Shown piece after piece: positions 1-14,592 of a DNA stretch of 64,000 nucleotides (position 1 is the first letter of the stretch; each line of letters starts with the position of its first letter). The notes beneath the pieces are model-generated. The model was not told where the DNA came from. It was given only the letters and a program-made list of their open reading frames with translations, and did not search any database. This DNA comes from Octopus vulgaris (Eukaryota), in NCBI GenBank assembly GCA_951406725.2, contig OX597826.1, positions 2,728,001-2,792,000 on the forward strand, given 5' to 3'. The translations under genes and the position numbers were made by a program.

Positions 1-75
1 TTTTCCATTAACTGAGTTTAATATCTAAGCTATATTGAAAAAGGAAGAAAATTACAAAATAAACAAAATAAATTT

Positions 76-76
76 A

Positions 77-117
<41 letters not shown>

Positions 118-161
118 TGATGATGATGACGATGATCATGTTGATGATCATGATGATGGTG

Positions 162-237
<76 letters not shown>

Positions 238-244
238 TAATAAC

Positions 245-312
<68 letters not shown>

Positions 313-313
313 C
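76..313 (+). repeat. (AAT)n/(GAT)n compound trinucleotide microsatellite
   Basis: Directly visible; explains the poly-N/poly-I/poly-L ORFs at 35-536. Confidence 0.98.
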
Positions 314-659
314 GAAACTAGAATTGAAGTATAGATCATCAAATTGTATTGAGATTTCTGCGAGAAGAAAACTTCATGTTTTGAACCGATTCCAATCTAA
401 CAGTAATTTAATTTTTTCAAAATTTCTTTCCAGTTTAATACACACGTATTACGCGAAATATGATTTGAAAACGTATAAAGAATGTTATTATGACATTTGT
501 CATAAATATATCTATTGTACACAAGAGAAAATATAATCAATTCAAAGCTGAAATATCCAGAATGATATCTATATTTTCCATAGAAATCGTAGAGGCCACT
601 CATGTTTTCCGTTAGTCTTTGTAGTTAATAGGGAAACTGATTTGTTCTGTAGGTGTTTT

Positions 660-1320
660 GAAGTTTAAACCATAAATGCCTTCGATTCATATTGTTATGC
701 CAGAACCTTTTTGAAAATTCAACTTCAAGAAGATCATTGCAGGAATATTATAAGAACAACGCAGAAAAGGAGGAAAAGAACCACATAAATAGTACACAGC
801 AGAAAGTTATATAAACAAGTCGGACGCTCAGTTTATGATGCTGTACCCACTATTCTCGTGGAGACATATTCAGCATACACCAACTCAATTTCGCATTAAA
901 AGTAATCCTGTACAAAATTTGTGAGAACAGAAATGAGCCCGTCGTATATTTCTCCCATTTTTCTGCCTTCTCAACTCCCCTAACCTTTACCATATTTACG
1001 CCGAATCAAATTCCACGTCGCACTGTTCACACCCTTACCATTGCACCTATCTCTCAACAGAGATACTCTCCTTTATATGCACAGAACACCACACATATTC
1101 CTATCTTCCGAACTCCACATCAGACACCTACATTCTCAAACGCCCCTAAACGCATTTGTAAAAATTCTCTACCCTCTTTTCCACCATACTTCTCTTTTAT
1201 ATGATCTCTAATTCATTTATTGATTATTTGAAGTATTCCTCAACGTCGAATCCTTTCCTTTTCGTTTCAAGCGTGAAACAAATAATACTTTTCGTGTTTG
1301 CTTTTTTTCTCTCATTCATC
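660..1320 (+). mobile_element. Heavily decayed Penelope-like element 3' end
   Basis: 1240-1310 (cctttccttttcgtttcaagcgt...aataatact) resembles the reverse complement of the better-preserved Penelope-terminal unit at 22580-22680; it ends at a (CA)n tract. No intact ORF. Confidence 0.3.
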
Positions 1321-1615
1321 ACACACACATACGCACATTAATACATACATAGATATACACACCCGTGTGTATGTGTGTGTTTGTGTTTTGTCCCCTACCA
1401 TCATTGCTTATCAACCCTTGTTCGCTTGTTTACATCCCTCGTAACTTAGCGTTCCGCGCAAAAGAGATCGATTGAGTACTAGGGTCATTTTGCTCAACTA
1501 AATGCATTCACGGTGGTGCTCCAGTATAGCCATATTCCAGTTACTGAAATAAATGAGACTGACATACGTAAAAGATAACACACACACATGCACACACACA
1601 ACACACATGCACACA

Positions 1616-1649
<34 letters not shown>

Positions 1650-1680
1650 GAACATTTACCTAGACAATATGTTCGCTCTA

Positions 1681-1728
<48 letters not shown>

Positions 1729-1734
1729 TTAGAT

Positions 1735-1977
1735 ATGTTTCGACCAAAGATTGGTCCAGGCCATGTCTAACTTAATAGCACCACCTGATAGGATTATCTA
1801 AATCCTGTTTAAGTCAAGTTTTGTTTATGGTCCATTCAAGTAGTGAGATCTTGTTGAGTGAGTTGTATCCAAGTATGGGTGGCTTATCCGGAATTCCTTA
1901 AAGAAATCTTTCCAGACTCCGTTTAAAAGTGATGGGATCCTTTTCCTCTTTGATCTCTTTCGGGACAATGTTAAACA
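1735..1977 (-). mobile_element. LINE 3' end fragment (CR1-group-like)
   Basis: Minus strand reads FNIVPKEIKEEKDPITFKRSLERFL*GIPDKPPILGYNSLNKISLLEW, the typical 'FN.LP...FK..LD.FL..IPD.P' ORF2 C-terminus, followed by a short 3' UTR running into (TA)n. Confidence 0.7.
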
Positions 1978-2001
1978 TATGTATATATAAAGATATATAT
2001 A

Positions 2002-3259
2002 CAGGGTGCGGTGAATAAATTGTCGTCTAAATCAGGCAAAAATGAAAATAACATATAATTTTAACAGATATATTTACCTAAATTACGTAAAAAAGCATCT
2101 TGAAATACTAAAAAGTAAATTTATTCAATAAATTCGTCATTGGTTTCAACCACAGCCTTCAGAGGACTACGGAATCTCCTGCATGGATGGTCTCCTTATT
2201 TAAGTTGGTAAATGGTGCCATAATCCTTGCCTTCATTTCATATTTGGTGTTAAAGGAGGTTTGTTGGTCTGTCGTGCAAATGCGCCCCACACAGAAGAAT
2301 CAAGGGGGTGTCTGATGGCCAGATGTGATGTGGTAGCAGAAATTATCTGACAGCCATGACTGGGTTATCCTGCTTGTGTGGCATGGTGAAGAATTCTGAT
2401 GCCAGAAATAGGATTTTCCAGCAGACACACTCTTGACCTAGGGCAGCACTACCTCCTCCACGTACTTCATGTAGGTTTCGATGTTGAGTCTGAGGCCGTG
2501 TGGGAAGATGAATGGAGGCATAACATCGCCATCACTAGTGATCACTTCAAACACCATGATGTTGACTGGATGTTTGATTTTTTATCACTTTCAGTATATG
2601 TTTTGGGGACCCGCAAGCCGACGGTTGTTCTGTGTCTTAAACATCTGATCTTAGCAGAAATTTTTCTCGTCTGAGGAAACCCAGCGCCTGTTCAATTGAA
2701 GGGGATGATTGAAACTTCGTAGCGCGGTCTTACCTCTTGTCTTTGATGGCTTGCGATAAAAATTGGCCCTTTCTCATCCTTTTTGAAGAATACTGAATGT
2801 CTTCATGCACTACCTGCATGATGAGAAACTCAGATACTTCCATGTCCCTGTCAATGGCTCTGATTGACTTGGAGAGATCGTTGACAATCATGACCTGGAT
2901 CACACCAACATATTCAGGAGGTCTTTTCTTATCAGAGCGATTAGAGTGAGTTTCCCGAGCTGCTGTACCTTCGTAATCGCAATTAGACTCATTGAACTCT
3001 TTTCGAATCATCTGCACTGTCCTCAGATTGACACCGAAATATTTAGAAATGTTCGTCTTGCAGCCTCCTTCACGAATGCCAAGCACAACAGTATGTCGTT
3101 TCCAAATTTCCGGCAATGAATTGCGTCATGCTACTGTTTTTCTCACAGACGGTGCCCAACTGACACTACTAAACTATGTAATCGATAGAATCGAAAAGAC
3201 AAAACGCGCATGCGCGAACTTAATATATATAATGTCAACAATTTACCCATCGCACCTTA
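2002..3259 (-). mobile_element. Decayed Tc1/mariner DNA transposon, maT/DD37D-like, both TIRs present
   Basis: TIRs cagggtgcggtgaataaattgtcg (2002) and caacaatttacccatcgcacctta (ends 3259), TA-flanked. Transposase remnants: HTH ORF 2730-3116 (SIRAIDRDMEVSEFLIMQVVHEDIQYSSKRMRKGQFLS), SSDEKNF, MPPFIFPHGLRLN, WHQNSSPCHT, LDSSVWGA; stops and frameshifts present. Confidence 0.9.
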
Positions 3260-3261
3260 TA

Positions 3262-3292
<31 letters not shown>

Positions 3293-3314
3293 TTATACAC
3301 ATATATAATAATAA

Positions 3315-3578
3315 ATAAATGCGCGTTTTTAAAGCCTAGCAAGGCTCATGGGCCCGGTTTGCCCGTTTCAATGGCGTATGCGTTCTCCAGCTGGACGAGA
3401 TGCCAGTCCATCGCAGCGTTACTCATTTTTGCCAGCTGAGTGGACTGGAGCAACGTGAAATGATGTGTTTTGCTCAAGAACACAACACGTCGCTCGGTCC
3501 AGGAATCGAAACAATAATCTTACGATCATGATGCTGACATGATGCTGACACCCCTAGCAACTAAGCCACGTGCTTCCC
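3315..3578 (-). mobile_element. tRNA-derived SINE, family D (head D + V-like tail)
   Basis: A/B-box-like head on the minus strand; gctgcgatggactggc V-domain-like motif; A-rich tail; near-identical copy at 4945-5186. Confidence 0.85.
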
Positions 3579-4944
3579 CTTATGTATGCATATATATATA
3601 TATATATATAAGATATGTAGATATATATACGAATCAGCTTGTATTCAATATATAACTATTCCTCTCTTCTTAGATGTAATGGATTTTGTAACCTAATTAC
3701 TATTTTTTCAAAAATAGTAATTAACGCTAAAAAAATTTATTGTGTCCACTATTTAATATTGTTTTTATAAAATATAGTTATATTGCATACCAGAAATACA
3801 CTAACGTCGATTTTGTGAGATATTTTCGCTGCCTTGAGAAACGTGATTTGTAGTCAAAGTGTAAGATATCAATAATGTAAAATTTTATATATTCTTTCCG
3901 TTTCAAAATAAATCTCTCATTCTTCAATGCCAATAATTTGACCAAGTTGCAGGAACAGATAATGGTAAACAGTGTGTGTTCTTATTTGTGTAGTACTACA
4001 GTTACGAAGAATTTTCTGAAAGGAAAAGATCATAGAAATGGTAGAGGGTATAAATGGAATTAAGGCATGGATTGGACATTATTTCCTCTTTACACACCAA
4101 TTTACAGAACTTAAAGCAAAAGAAAATGGTGTGTGTAAGAGAAACGACCGCTCATTTTTATGCTCGGTGTTGCTTTGTAATAATATGTGAAAACCTGCAA
4201 AACACGTTATTTGTATATTTCCCAACGCATTATTTGTTCTGATTAGCTTTTAAACCTTTCTGTTTACGAAAGACAATTGGCTTGTTGGCTGGACTCGCTA
4301 AAAGAGAGAAAAGCGTAAATGAAAAAGATAATACTATCGATAAACATTATTCCATCCAAGGAATGTAATGGCTTATTATTTTGCTTCTTGCTTCTTTCCC
4401 CCTTTTTATTGTTTCATGATTTGAGGTTCGGAAAAGCTACTTATAAACAAACGATTAATTTGACATCAACACCAGAATATCGGCAAGTTCAATGTTCGCT
4501 GTGGTTTAGAACGGTAAGCTCAGTCTTAACTTTGATACCCGTTTCCAGTCGTTAAAATTCATGCGTTTATTCAGGAAATATCGCAAAATTGCATCGACAA
4601 TGAGATAAACTTACCGCAAAAAGAGAGACAAATAATTTATCGAATACTAGTACTTATTTCTCGGTCAATGCATTCACCAGCGAAATAGTCTACCTTATGT
4701 ACTAATGGTTACATATTAGCGGGATTATTTTGCTTTCTTTTTCTTTTTTAGTTCTGTTATAGATATTTTATGCTAAAACGTCTACGTTTAAGGTGTAGCG
4801 ATTTAATTAAGAAAATAAAAAAATAAATGCGCCCTGTTTCCCGGTTTCTATGGCGTATGTGTTATTATTAATATGACAGAAACCGCATTTCCATAAGAGT
4901 TGTTTTTTTCGTGATGAATTCTTAATGCATAGAACTATCATAAA

Positions 4945-5186
4945 AATAAATAATTAATGCATCCTTTTAAAGCCCAGCCAGGCTCATGGGCCCGGTTTCT
5001 CGGTTTTAATGGCATATGTGTTCCCCAGCTGGACGTGACGCCAGTCCATCGCAGCGTTACTCATTTTTGCCAGCTGAGTGGAATGAAGTGTTTTGCTCAA
5101 GAACACAACGCGTCGCTCGGTCCAGGAATCGAAACCACAATCTTACGAGCATGGTGCTGACACCCTAACCACTAAGCCATGCGCCT
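4945..5186 (-). mobile_element. tRNA-derived SINE, family D
   Basis: Homologous to 3315-3578; direct repeat tagcgatttaat at 4796-4807 and 5191-5202 brackets this copy plus an extra 3' fragment. Confidence 0.85.
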
Positions 5187-5714
5187 CAACTAGCGATTTA
5201 ATAGTTAATCGGTATCTCTAGCAATTTAGTTAATATTTGTAAGCAAAGTTCCCTTAACACATTAGGTGCTAGATTGGTAATGGTTGTATATAGGGTGAGT
5301 AAGGTTCATTATTATTTGAAAAATATATGCCGGACAACATTCAATGCTTGCCCTTCAAAATATTTATGTCGCTAGATCGACTGCATTTGAACTCCGAACG
5401 TAAAGGCGGAAGAAATAATGGTGAATAACTCACATACTGACGATTCTACTACCGTGCTGCTTTCCATCGGCAAAAATGCAACGCTTCAAAAAATTACTGC
5501 TTTCTTTTCCTTACACATGATTTTCAAATCTCATACTTCGCTCCTCAATTAATGACATAAAATTGAAACAAAATCCTTTATATGACACTTTCACCCAAGT
5601 GTTTGCAATTATTTGTGATAATGTTCTCAGACGAATAAGGAAGGATGAGATATCTAAAAGTTTGACTATTCCTATCTGCCGAAAGGTTGCATTGCAAATT
5701 TAGAAAATACAATT

Positions 5715-6116
5715 AGGAGTGGCTGTGTGGTAAGTAGCTTGCTTACGAAGCACATGGTTCCAGGTTCAGTCCCACTGCGTGGCACCTTGGGTAAGTGTCT
5801 TCTACTGTAGTCTCGGGCCGACCAAAGCCTTGTGAGTGAATTTGGTAGACGGAAACTGAAAGAAGCCCGCCGTATATATGTTTATATATATATATATGTG
5901 TGTTTGTGTGTTTGTGTATCTGTGTTTGTCCCCCTAACATCGCTTGACAACTGATGCTGGTAGTTTGCATCCCCGTAAGTTAGTGGTTCACCAAAAGAGA
6001 CCGATAGAATAAATACTAGACTTACAAAGAATGAGTCCTGAGGTCGATTTACTCGACTAAATTTGGTGCTCCAGCATGGCCCAGTGAAATGACTGAAACA
6101 AGTAAAGGAGTAAAAG
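5715..6116 (+). mobile_element. tRNA-derived SINE, family A (CORE-like domain, internal microsatellite)
   Basis: ggagtggctgtgtggtaag...ggttcagtccc head, ggcaccttgggtaagtgtctt CORE-like block, internal (TA)/(TG), 3' tgactgaaacaagtaaa; more than 10 homologous copies in the window. Confidence 0.92.
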
Positions 6117-6519
6117 AACACAATCAGTAAAAAAAATGGGAGACATAAAATGTCGGTAGCGTAGAATTTAAAGAATGCTCAACTAATTTCATCGTATCAT
6201 TATAATATACCCGTTAAGTTTTGCATCCATGTTACGTCCCCCAAGATACAAAACATTAAAACGAAAGTTCGCAGTGTTGCACTTAATAATACTTTACTTG
6301 CAAACCCCTCCACACACACACACACGTACATACACGCGTACAAAAAAGAAAAGCCAATATATATACATGGCTTATTCATTCTGTTTGTATGACATCACGT
6401 CTGAAGTGAAAAAAATTTCTTCACGTTTTTTTGTAATATTGCATACTAAAAATTTTGCGAAAAATAAGAAATACTAGTTTTTCCTTTAAAAAAATTAGTA
6501 TGAGAGAATATATTTCACG

Positions 6520-6968
6520 TTTTACTTATTACTTGTTTCAGTTATTGGACAGCGGCCATGCTGCAGCATCGCCTTGAAGGGTTTGAAGAAATCGGCCGCA
6601 GAACATATTTTTGAAAGCTTGGTACTTATTTCATCGGCTTCTTTTGACGCGCCGCTTGGTTACAGAGATGTAAAGAACCGAACAGCGTTTGTCAAGCGGT
6701 GGTAGTGGCGGGGCAAGCACAAAGATACTGACACATGCCGAGCAAACATATGCGCATATGCACACACACATACACATACACACATATATACATGTGTTTA
6801 GGTCTACTGAACACATACACACTTGCACACACACACACACATTACGTCTACTGAACCATCTGTTAATGCTTTGGTTGGCTGCGATTGCAGTAGAAGACAC
6901 TTGCTCACTGGGATTAAAAAAGGGACGATGTCTTTGAGAAACTAAACTCTTACCACTCATTCACGCGC
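6520..6968 (-). mobile_element. SINE family A, diverged copy
   Basis: Reverse-complement similarity to 5715-6116 (cttgtttcag...gcggccatgctg...gtagaagacacttgc). Confidence 0.7.
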
Positions 6969-7399
6969 TTATACATAAAGAGTAAAGAACCCCTTCAGTC
7001 ATGAATGACCATGGGATTGCACTGAGAAAATTCCCCTTAAATGTTGAAGTCTAGGTAAGGTTGTTTATGAAAGTCCAGTGGTCACCTACGCTCACCATGC
7101 CCCTTCTCTCCACGCTACCGATATTATCCGAGGGTAGGGCAAAGGCCGATAAGAAGTTGCTAGTTTAATGCAAAGCAAAAGCTCATCATGATATTTTGTA
7201 TAATTTATTCATATACAAATGTGGCGGTTTATATACATCCATTTTGCTTTCTCTCTTTCCCTTTTCTCACCCCTTTCTCTCTAACACACACACGTATTTG
7301 TATTTATATCTGTGTGTATATTAATATGTGTGCTTCTATATATAACAGCATTGATCGTATTCATCGCTTTTCGCACTGAGAGAACGGGAATGTTACGTA

Positions 7400-7900
7400 G
7401 TAGTCCGGCTTTTAACACATCTCATTTGCTACGTTCCCTTTCGAAAGTTTTTATGGTTTGTAACATTAAATCGAGAGCTGTTCCCATCAATACCGTTGAA
7501 TATTGTTACTTTTCTATTGAGGTTTCGACAATTCAAAATGGCGTCCGGCCCAAACTTAACCATAGTGTTTTCCATTATCATAAACAAATCAGTAAACCAT
7601 CGTGTATTATGTACCCTAGGGGAGATACGATTCCCTAATCTGTGGTAGAATAACGATTATTCTATTAACTATGCTCTTACTGTTATCAAGAACTAGCAAC
7701 AGCCATATTATAATACCCGTTATTTTCGGAAGAATTTCTTCCTTATCAGAAAGTCTAGAGATTCTAGACGAAATGCCCTTAAGAATAGACTTAATTACAG
7801 CTCTAGGATGATTTACTGTATAATTAATCATCTGAACTACATTCAACTTTTTCCTAATTATATTAATGATATGCCCTTATCCGAGTAATAATATATCTAT
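7400..7900 (-). mobile_element. Decayed Penelope-like RT thumb/linker fragment
   Basis: ORF 7616-7846 INYTVNHPRAVIKSILKGISSRISRLSDKEEI matches the PLE 'SNHP..I...I..RIS.LS..E' thumb motif. Confidence 0.65.
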
Positions 7901-8515
7901 ATTACTCTATATTTACAATTTATTTTCCATATAACTGCGATGTTTTGCTATAACTATATACTGATTCTGTAAATAATAGTTTTTTAATCATTCCATTATA
8001 TTTTGACTATTCTTCGAATTGGATTTTCACACGGGTTCCAGTTAGTGGCTTTCCAATAATATGATCATAATTCATTTACTCATATGGTTCTTACTATCTA
8101 GCACACATCTCTTCTCTTTCTACTATTATATGATTCTTTGATTCTTTTTTAAGAGACACTGCAAGAATCTTAATAATATCCAGCTTCCAATATGTTGATA
8201 CGACGAATTTCGTTATTTCTATTGACGGAGAATATCATATTTTGGAATTGATTCCGAAATTTCGTGCTTCTTTTCTTACAATTGTGCGTCTCTGATGGAA
8301 TGTCAACCTAACTGATGTTTCGATATGAGTGTAAAAGAGAGTTTCAATGGGTAAAGTGGAGTATCTAACAGTATTAAGGAGAGTATCCACGTGTGTACAT
8401 GTGTATATATATATATATATATATATGTATTTCAACATACGAATTCACAAAGAATCTTGCAAATCATATAAAAAACGCAGTGTGTGTGTGTATGTATATA
8501 TACATATATACATAT

Positions 8516-8594
<79 letters not shown>

Positions 8595-8972
8595 TGCATA
8601 CATAAATATATATATATATATATACATATATGCATAAAGGAAATATAATTTATGGCTTACCTCCCCACCATCACACACTCAATGACACTGTGAAGGGTCA
8701 AAACTGAAATTCTTAGAAACCCCTTGAAGTCAAAATCCTGTCCAGCAGACCAAAAAACTTCTTTCCTTCTTCCCTCTCCCTTCCCCTCTTTCTCTTTAGC
8801 AATCACCTCAGATACAAACACACACATGCACACGCACACGCACACACACACACACATACACACATGTTCTCCTTCTCACTTCCTCCTCATCCACATCACC
8901 CTCTTGTACTGTCTTACATTCCTCCCTACCACAACCAGAAACTATAAAATGATTAAAATCCCCAGCAAAGGA

Positions 8973-9028
8973 ACTTATTTTCATTTGAAAACCCCACTAG
9001 AATGGGAGAAAGCGCTAATGAACTAAGT
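8973..9028 (+). ncRNA. Type-I hammerhead ribozyme fold, U3-A8 core variant
   Basis: ttcat-TTGAAAA-c ccca ctagaa tggg a-GAA-agcgct-A-atgaa. Stem I ttcat/atgaa (extended by actta/taagt), stem II ccca/tggg, palindromic stem III agcgct, CUA cleavage triplet. Confidence 0.7.
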
Positions 9029-9111
9029 GATATGATATATATATAAATAATGTAATATATAAATAAATATCTGTAAATACAAACCATCCGATCTTCTGAT
9101 TACCTCATTTC

Positions 9112-9177
<66 letters not shown>

Positions 9178-9416
9178 CACAGTACGTGTTTATGGAACTC
9201 TGTGCATCTGGTTCTAGGACCTCAATATGAGGATGAATATTACTCTATAGAATAGGCGTGACACCGTGTGACAAGGCAGAATAAGTGTAATACATATGCG
9301 ATTCATTCGCTAAGCCTGTACGAAGTGTTTGTCCATCCAATTGCACAGAGAATGCCAGCGAATCAATCATTCCATCCCTCTCTCTTTCTCATTCTATGTC
9401 TCTGCCTCTCTATCTG

Positions 9417-9466
<50 letters not shown>

Positions 9467-9618
9467 GTGTGTGTGTGTGTGTGTGTGATTATTTACACAT
9501 GTATGTTTGAGCACACATGTGTATAAAGTTGCTTTTATATGTATGTATGTATATATATATACACATACATATATATAAGTGTATGAACATATACCTATAT
9601 ATAGATATATGCATGTAC

Positions 9619-9649
<31 letters not shown>

Positions 9650-9660
9650 TAAATATTGTG

Positions 9661-9706
<46 letters not shown>

Positions 9707-10350
9707 TAAATATGTGTGTGTGTATGTATACGCATATGTATGTATACATATATACACATTAAAGACAACTAACGTTAAATAGACATACGTAATTAAAAAC
9801 ATAATAAAAATTACTTTATATTACTGTAGGCTGAAAATTCAGCATTATGGGAATTTTTGATATATATTTCATGATTAATTTAAAAACAGCTAGAAAAAAA
9901 TATCCCAGTAGTGCTTGCACTTTTCCAAGGTACAAGTATTGAGTCGAAAATTGAAATTATAATTATAGCACAGGTGTGTAATTCCAAATTGAGACAAAAT
10001 ATTTTCAAATAGCACCATTGCTAATGCATAGACAAGAAGAAAGAAATAAGTACTTTCTAAATGCTTACAAAAAGCAAACACGCAGCAAGAATTTATTCCA
10101 CAAAACAAGGTAGAGCCTAAATGCGCTAAGGAGAAAACTATTACATGCATACATACATACATACATACATACATACATGCATGCATATATACATACATAT
10201 ATATTTATATGTATACATATATACATATATATATATATGTATGTATATATGTAACTATCTATCCATCTATCTATATATATATAGGTAAATAACTCGCTAG
10301 AAAGTTAGATATGTACATGTGTGTAGAGATATATATGTATATATATGTAA

Positions 10351-10401
<51 letters not shown>

Positions 10402-10434
10402 TACATAGGTAGATAGATATATGCATGTGTGTGC

Positions 10435-10474
<40 letters not shown>

Positions 10475-11069
10475 ACATGTATATTAATACAAGAATAAAT
10501 AAATAAAATTTTATGCGGAAAATTAATGAATTTTGAGAATATAATATTGCACTTTCCTTTGTAAAAACAAAATTATAAATATATGACTGGATAATGAAAA
10601 TCAAAAATGCCAACGGACTAAAAAACAATAAAACTTTGAAAACAAACTAAAAGAAAGAAAAGCAACCAAAAAAACAAAACAACCATCTGGAACGAAGCTT
10701 TATAATTAACATCGTATTTTGTAGAGGTAGAATTAAATCACAATGTTGTAAAACAAATCCCTAGCTATTTCAGATTTTTTTTAGCAGACTAATAAATTAG
10801 CTCCGTTGACATCAATTATATGGAGATATTAGGAAAAAAATACTTCATTAAAAAATAATTAAAAAAACGTGGCTGCAAAAAAGGAAGCAAAATCTCTATG
10901 TTTACAAATGGTTCTCACTCTTAGAGTAATTCATTAAAAATATATAAAACAAAATATAAAAAGCAAAGGAAAATAGCAAAAATATATTATTCAAAGTGTA
11001 ATGTGGTTGTTTAATAGACTCTTCATTAAATGTATTCTCATGTAGATCCAGAATAGATTGAAAATAAAT

Positions 11070-11570
11070 AGTAGAGGAGGTGATCACATGATGCTGATGT
11101 TAATGATGTTGATATTAATGATGTTGATGGGGAAGGTGGTTGTGATGGTGGTGGTAGTATTTGTGATTATGACGGTGGTGGACTTTTCAGTTGTGGTGGT
11201 TGTGAAGGCGTTCATATTGATGAAGGCAATGGTGATAATGATAATCATAATGATTAAGATGATAATAATGAGGATGATGCAATTGATTATAGAGATGATG
11301 ATGACGATGAAGGCGATCATGAATTTGATAATGACGACGCCTACAACGAGAACAACGGCAAGTACTACAATGATAATGGTTTAATAGTGAAGGCAGTGAC
11401 GCTGGTGCCGGTGGTCGAGGCGATAATGAAGATGATGGTGTGCTTATTGACTGTGATGGTGTTGTTGACAATGATAATTATGTTAATGATAATGATGGTG
11501 ATTAAGAAGCTAATAATGATACTGATTATGAAGATGATGATGACTATAATGATGATGACGATGATAATGT
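11070..11570 (+). repeat. Degenerate (GAT/GGT/AAT)n low-complexity tract
   Basis: Directly visible; yields Met/Ile/Val-rich pseudo-ORFs. Confidence 0.9.
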
Positions 11571-13664
11571 AAGAAATAGCACAAGGAATATTGTCTGAGG
11601 TTCTAATGTTTCTGACAACACCTCTTAAAACCAATATTGGGTTCTAATATAGACACAAAAGGCAGCGAGGTGGCAGAATCGTTAACGCGTGGGGGAAAAT
11701 GCTTAGCAGTATTTCGTCGGTCTTTAGGTCCTGTGTTCGAATTCTGCCGAGTACGACTTTACCATTCATCCTCTCAGGATCGCTAAAATAAGTATCGTGT
11801 CCAAATTATATACACATATAGACACAAAACCTAAATCTTACTGGCGGTTCTAGAACTTTTATATTGCCCCCAGTACTCGAATATAACTAGGTGTTCTCAA
11901 CACCCGAATGCATTAATGGTAACGTTGATCTTTGAGGATTCGAGTGCAGATTTATAAAGCCGGAACTGTGTAGTAATTTTTCTGACACTAGAATGATTTC
12001 ATAAGTTCGCAGTCTTTAATTATAATAATTTCTGAAGTAGGCACAACGAAAGCAATTTTGTAGACTTATTCCGACACCATTGAAGCCACCACTTGTTTGA
12101 TACTTTATTTTATCAAAACCGGACGGACGAAACGCGTGGTTTACATCGGCGCGAACTGAAACCAATACAGATGGTATTTTTCAGCCCAACTAATAATTCT
12201 GCTAGCTATCCACATTAATAGTATTAATATAAGAGAGAGAAAGAGAGAGAGAGAAAGCGAGAGGAGAGAGAGAGAGAGAGAGAGGAGAGAGATTCTAACT
12301 ATCAAAACCGCAAAACGAGAATAAGAATGAGGGAAACGTTAATGAATATTGATTGCAAGATATATAGATTACGTTGAAATGGGTTGAAATGCGTGAAGGA
12401 ATACAGGAAAGATAACTAGTAAAAAAAAAGTTACTAGAATTAACGTGAATCGTGAGAAATCTGATTAATCTTGGCAGTAAGTAATTTAATGAGTTCCTTG
12501 TCAAACGACTATTGTCTGTTTTGTCGTGGTGTTCCATTTATCATAAATTGCAGTGTGTTGAAATTACAAGAAAAACAAACGAAAGTGAAGAACTGTTAGA
12601 TGTTGGAATTTGAGAATAGATGGACGGAAATTTTTCAAGCTATCAAGCTATCAAAAAAAGTGTCAGCTTTTTGTTTGTTCCTTATATTTCAAGTATATCT
12701 TTATCAAGGTTTATTAAATATTGATTCAAAACAGTCAAATTGTTTGTCTCCATTATTTTGTCAGATATTATTTTACCGAGGCTCAACGTTAAATGGCAGA
12801 GTCGAGCCTGATAAAATTTGAACACACAGGGATGGACAAGATATTGCAAAGTATTATGACAGGCGTTGTAGAGATTCTGTTTCACTTTGACGAAACCGAA
12901 AGAAAAAATATGTTAAGTCAAAATACTGGACAACGCAAATAAAAACCATAAATAAAATATCATATAGAAAAGATGAATAATTATATATTTGCAACTGGTA
13001 GAAAGTTATATTAGGACGATGTATATGGCTAATGAAGACGTAATTCTACAGATCCGAAAGCGGCTAAATCAAATCAATGTTAGGGTGCTATATAAAAATA
13101 ACATAGGGGAATAGTAAAATGATTTAAACGAGTTACAAGAGGGGCATCCTGAACAAAACAGAAATGATTGATGTAAGGCAGGAATATCGATAGACCCCAT
13201 AAAACATCCACCCGAGGAATCCATGGTACAGATTCTGTTCATTCTAGACAACATTAGCAGTAAAAATATAGTGATTTAGATTCAAATATTAACGTATAAG
13301 TTTCGGAAATGTGTTCCACAGTAAATTTAAAGTATTCATGAGACCAAATGCGGTGAAAACTTGTTCTAAGTTGCAAGCTGGAAGTCTATAGGAAATTCGT
13401 GTTTCGAGTTGGAGGTAATTTTGTTTTTCAACAAAAAATATATTTAGACATAATATTTGGTGTGGGTGGAATTATTTCCTTCTTTTTCTGAAGCGATGAA
13501 GAGATATATACTTTAAAGTAGTCTACACCTCTTAGAATTTACACAACACCCTGTTAATATCGTAACGCTTACAGTCGATAGAACTACCATGATTGATTAA
13601 AAGAGTAGCTTTAAACTATCCAGGTAATCAGTCAGTGTGCCTTTCACTTCTTACCTCACGTTGC

Positions 13665-13699
<35 letters not shown>

Positions 13700-14144
13700 A
13701 TATCGTGGAGTAACTTGTCCAACATAACGTTTAATTTTGATGAATAAAGAAAATTTCGTTACTATTTCTATTAAGTTCTTCGACAGTTTTCCCACTCAGA
13801 TATATGACTAGAAATTCATATGAAACCCAAACTACCTACGAGATCATTGCTAACAAACGAATTCAAAACGTTTGTTATATTACCCCATAACCAAATACTC
13901 CAAATGTAACATTAAAAATATCAGGGTATGTCAACTACTTAGTTTTATAAGGTTAATACCCAATCTTTACTGCGTTCGAGATTTATTTTCTTGTCCTCTA
14001 TTGTATATATATATACATATAAATAAAGTTTAGTCATTACTTGTTTTAGTCATTGGATTGCAAACATGGTGGTGGGTGGCACCGTCCCGAAATATTTAGT
14101 CAAGTAAACTTATTTTTAAAGTTTAGCTCATATCCTAAATTATT

Positions 14145-14540
14145 GAGTGGCTCTGTGGTAAGTAGCTTGCTTACGAATCACATGGTTCAGTGCACTGCGT
14201 GGCACCTTCGACAAGTGTCTTCTACTATAGCCTCGGACCGACCAAAGCATTGAGAGTGGATTTGGAAACTGAAAGAAGCCCGTCGTATAGATGTATATAT
14301 ATATATATATGTATATATATGTGTGTAAATATGTTTGTGAGTCTGTGTTTGTCCCCCACCAACATCGCTTGACAACCGATGCTGGTGTATTTACGTCCCC
14401 GTAACTTAGCAGTTCGGCAAAAGCGACCGATAGAATAAGTACAAGCCTTACAAAGAATAAGTCCTGGGTTTAGATTTGACCGACTAAAAGCGGTGCTCCA
14501 CCATGGCCTCAGTCAAATGACTGAAACAAGTAAAAGAGTA

Positions 14541-14541
<1 letters not shown>
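14145..14541 (+). mobile_element. SINE family A
   Basis: Full-length homolog of 5715-6116. Confidence 0.92.

Positions 14542-14592
<51 letters not shown>

Noticed and set aside
5715-5790. tRNA genes at SINE heads
   Set aside because: A/B boxes are present, but there is no complete cloverleaf and each continues into a SINE body.
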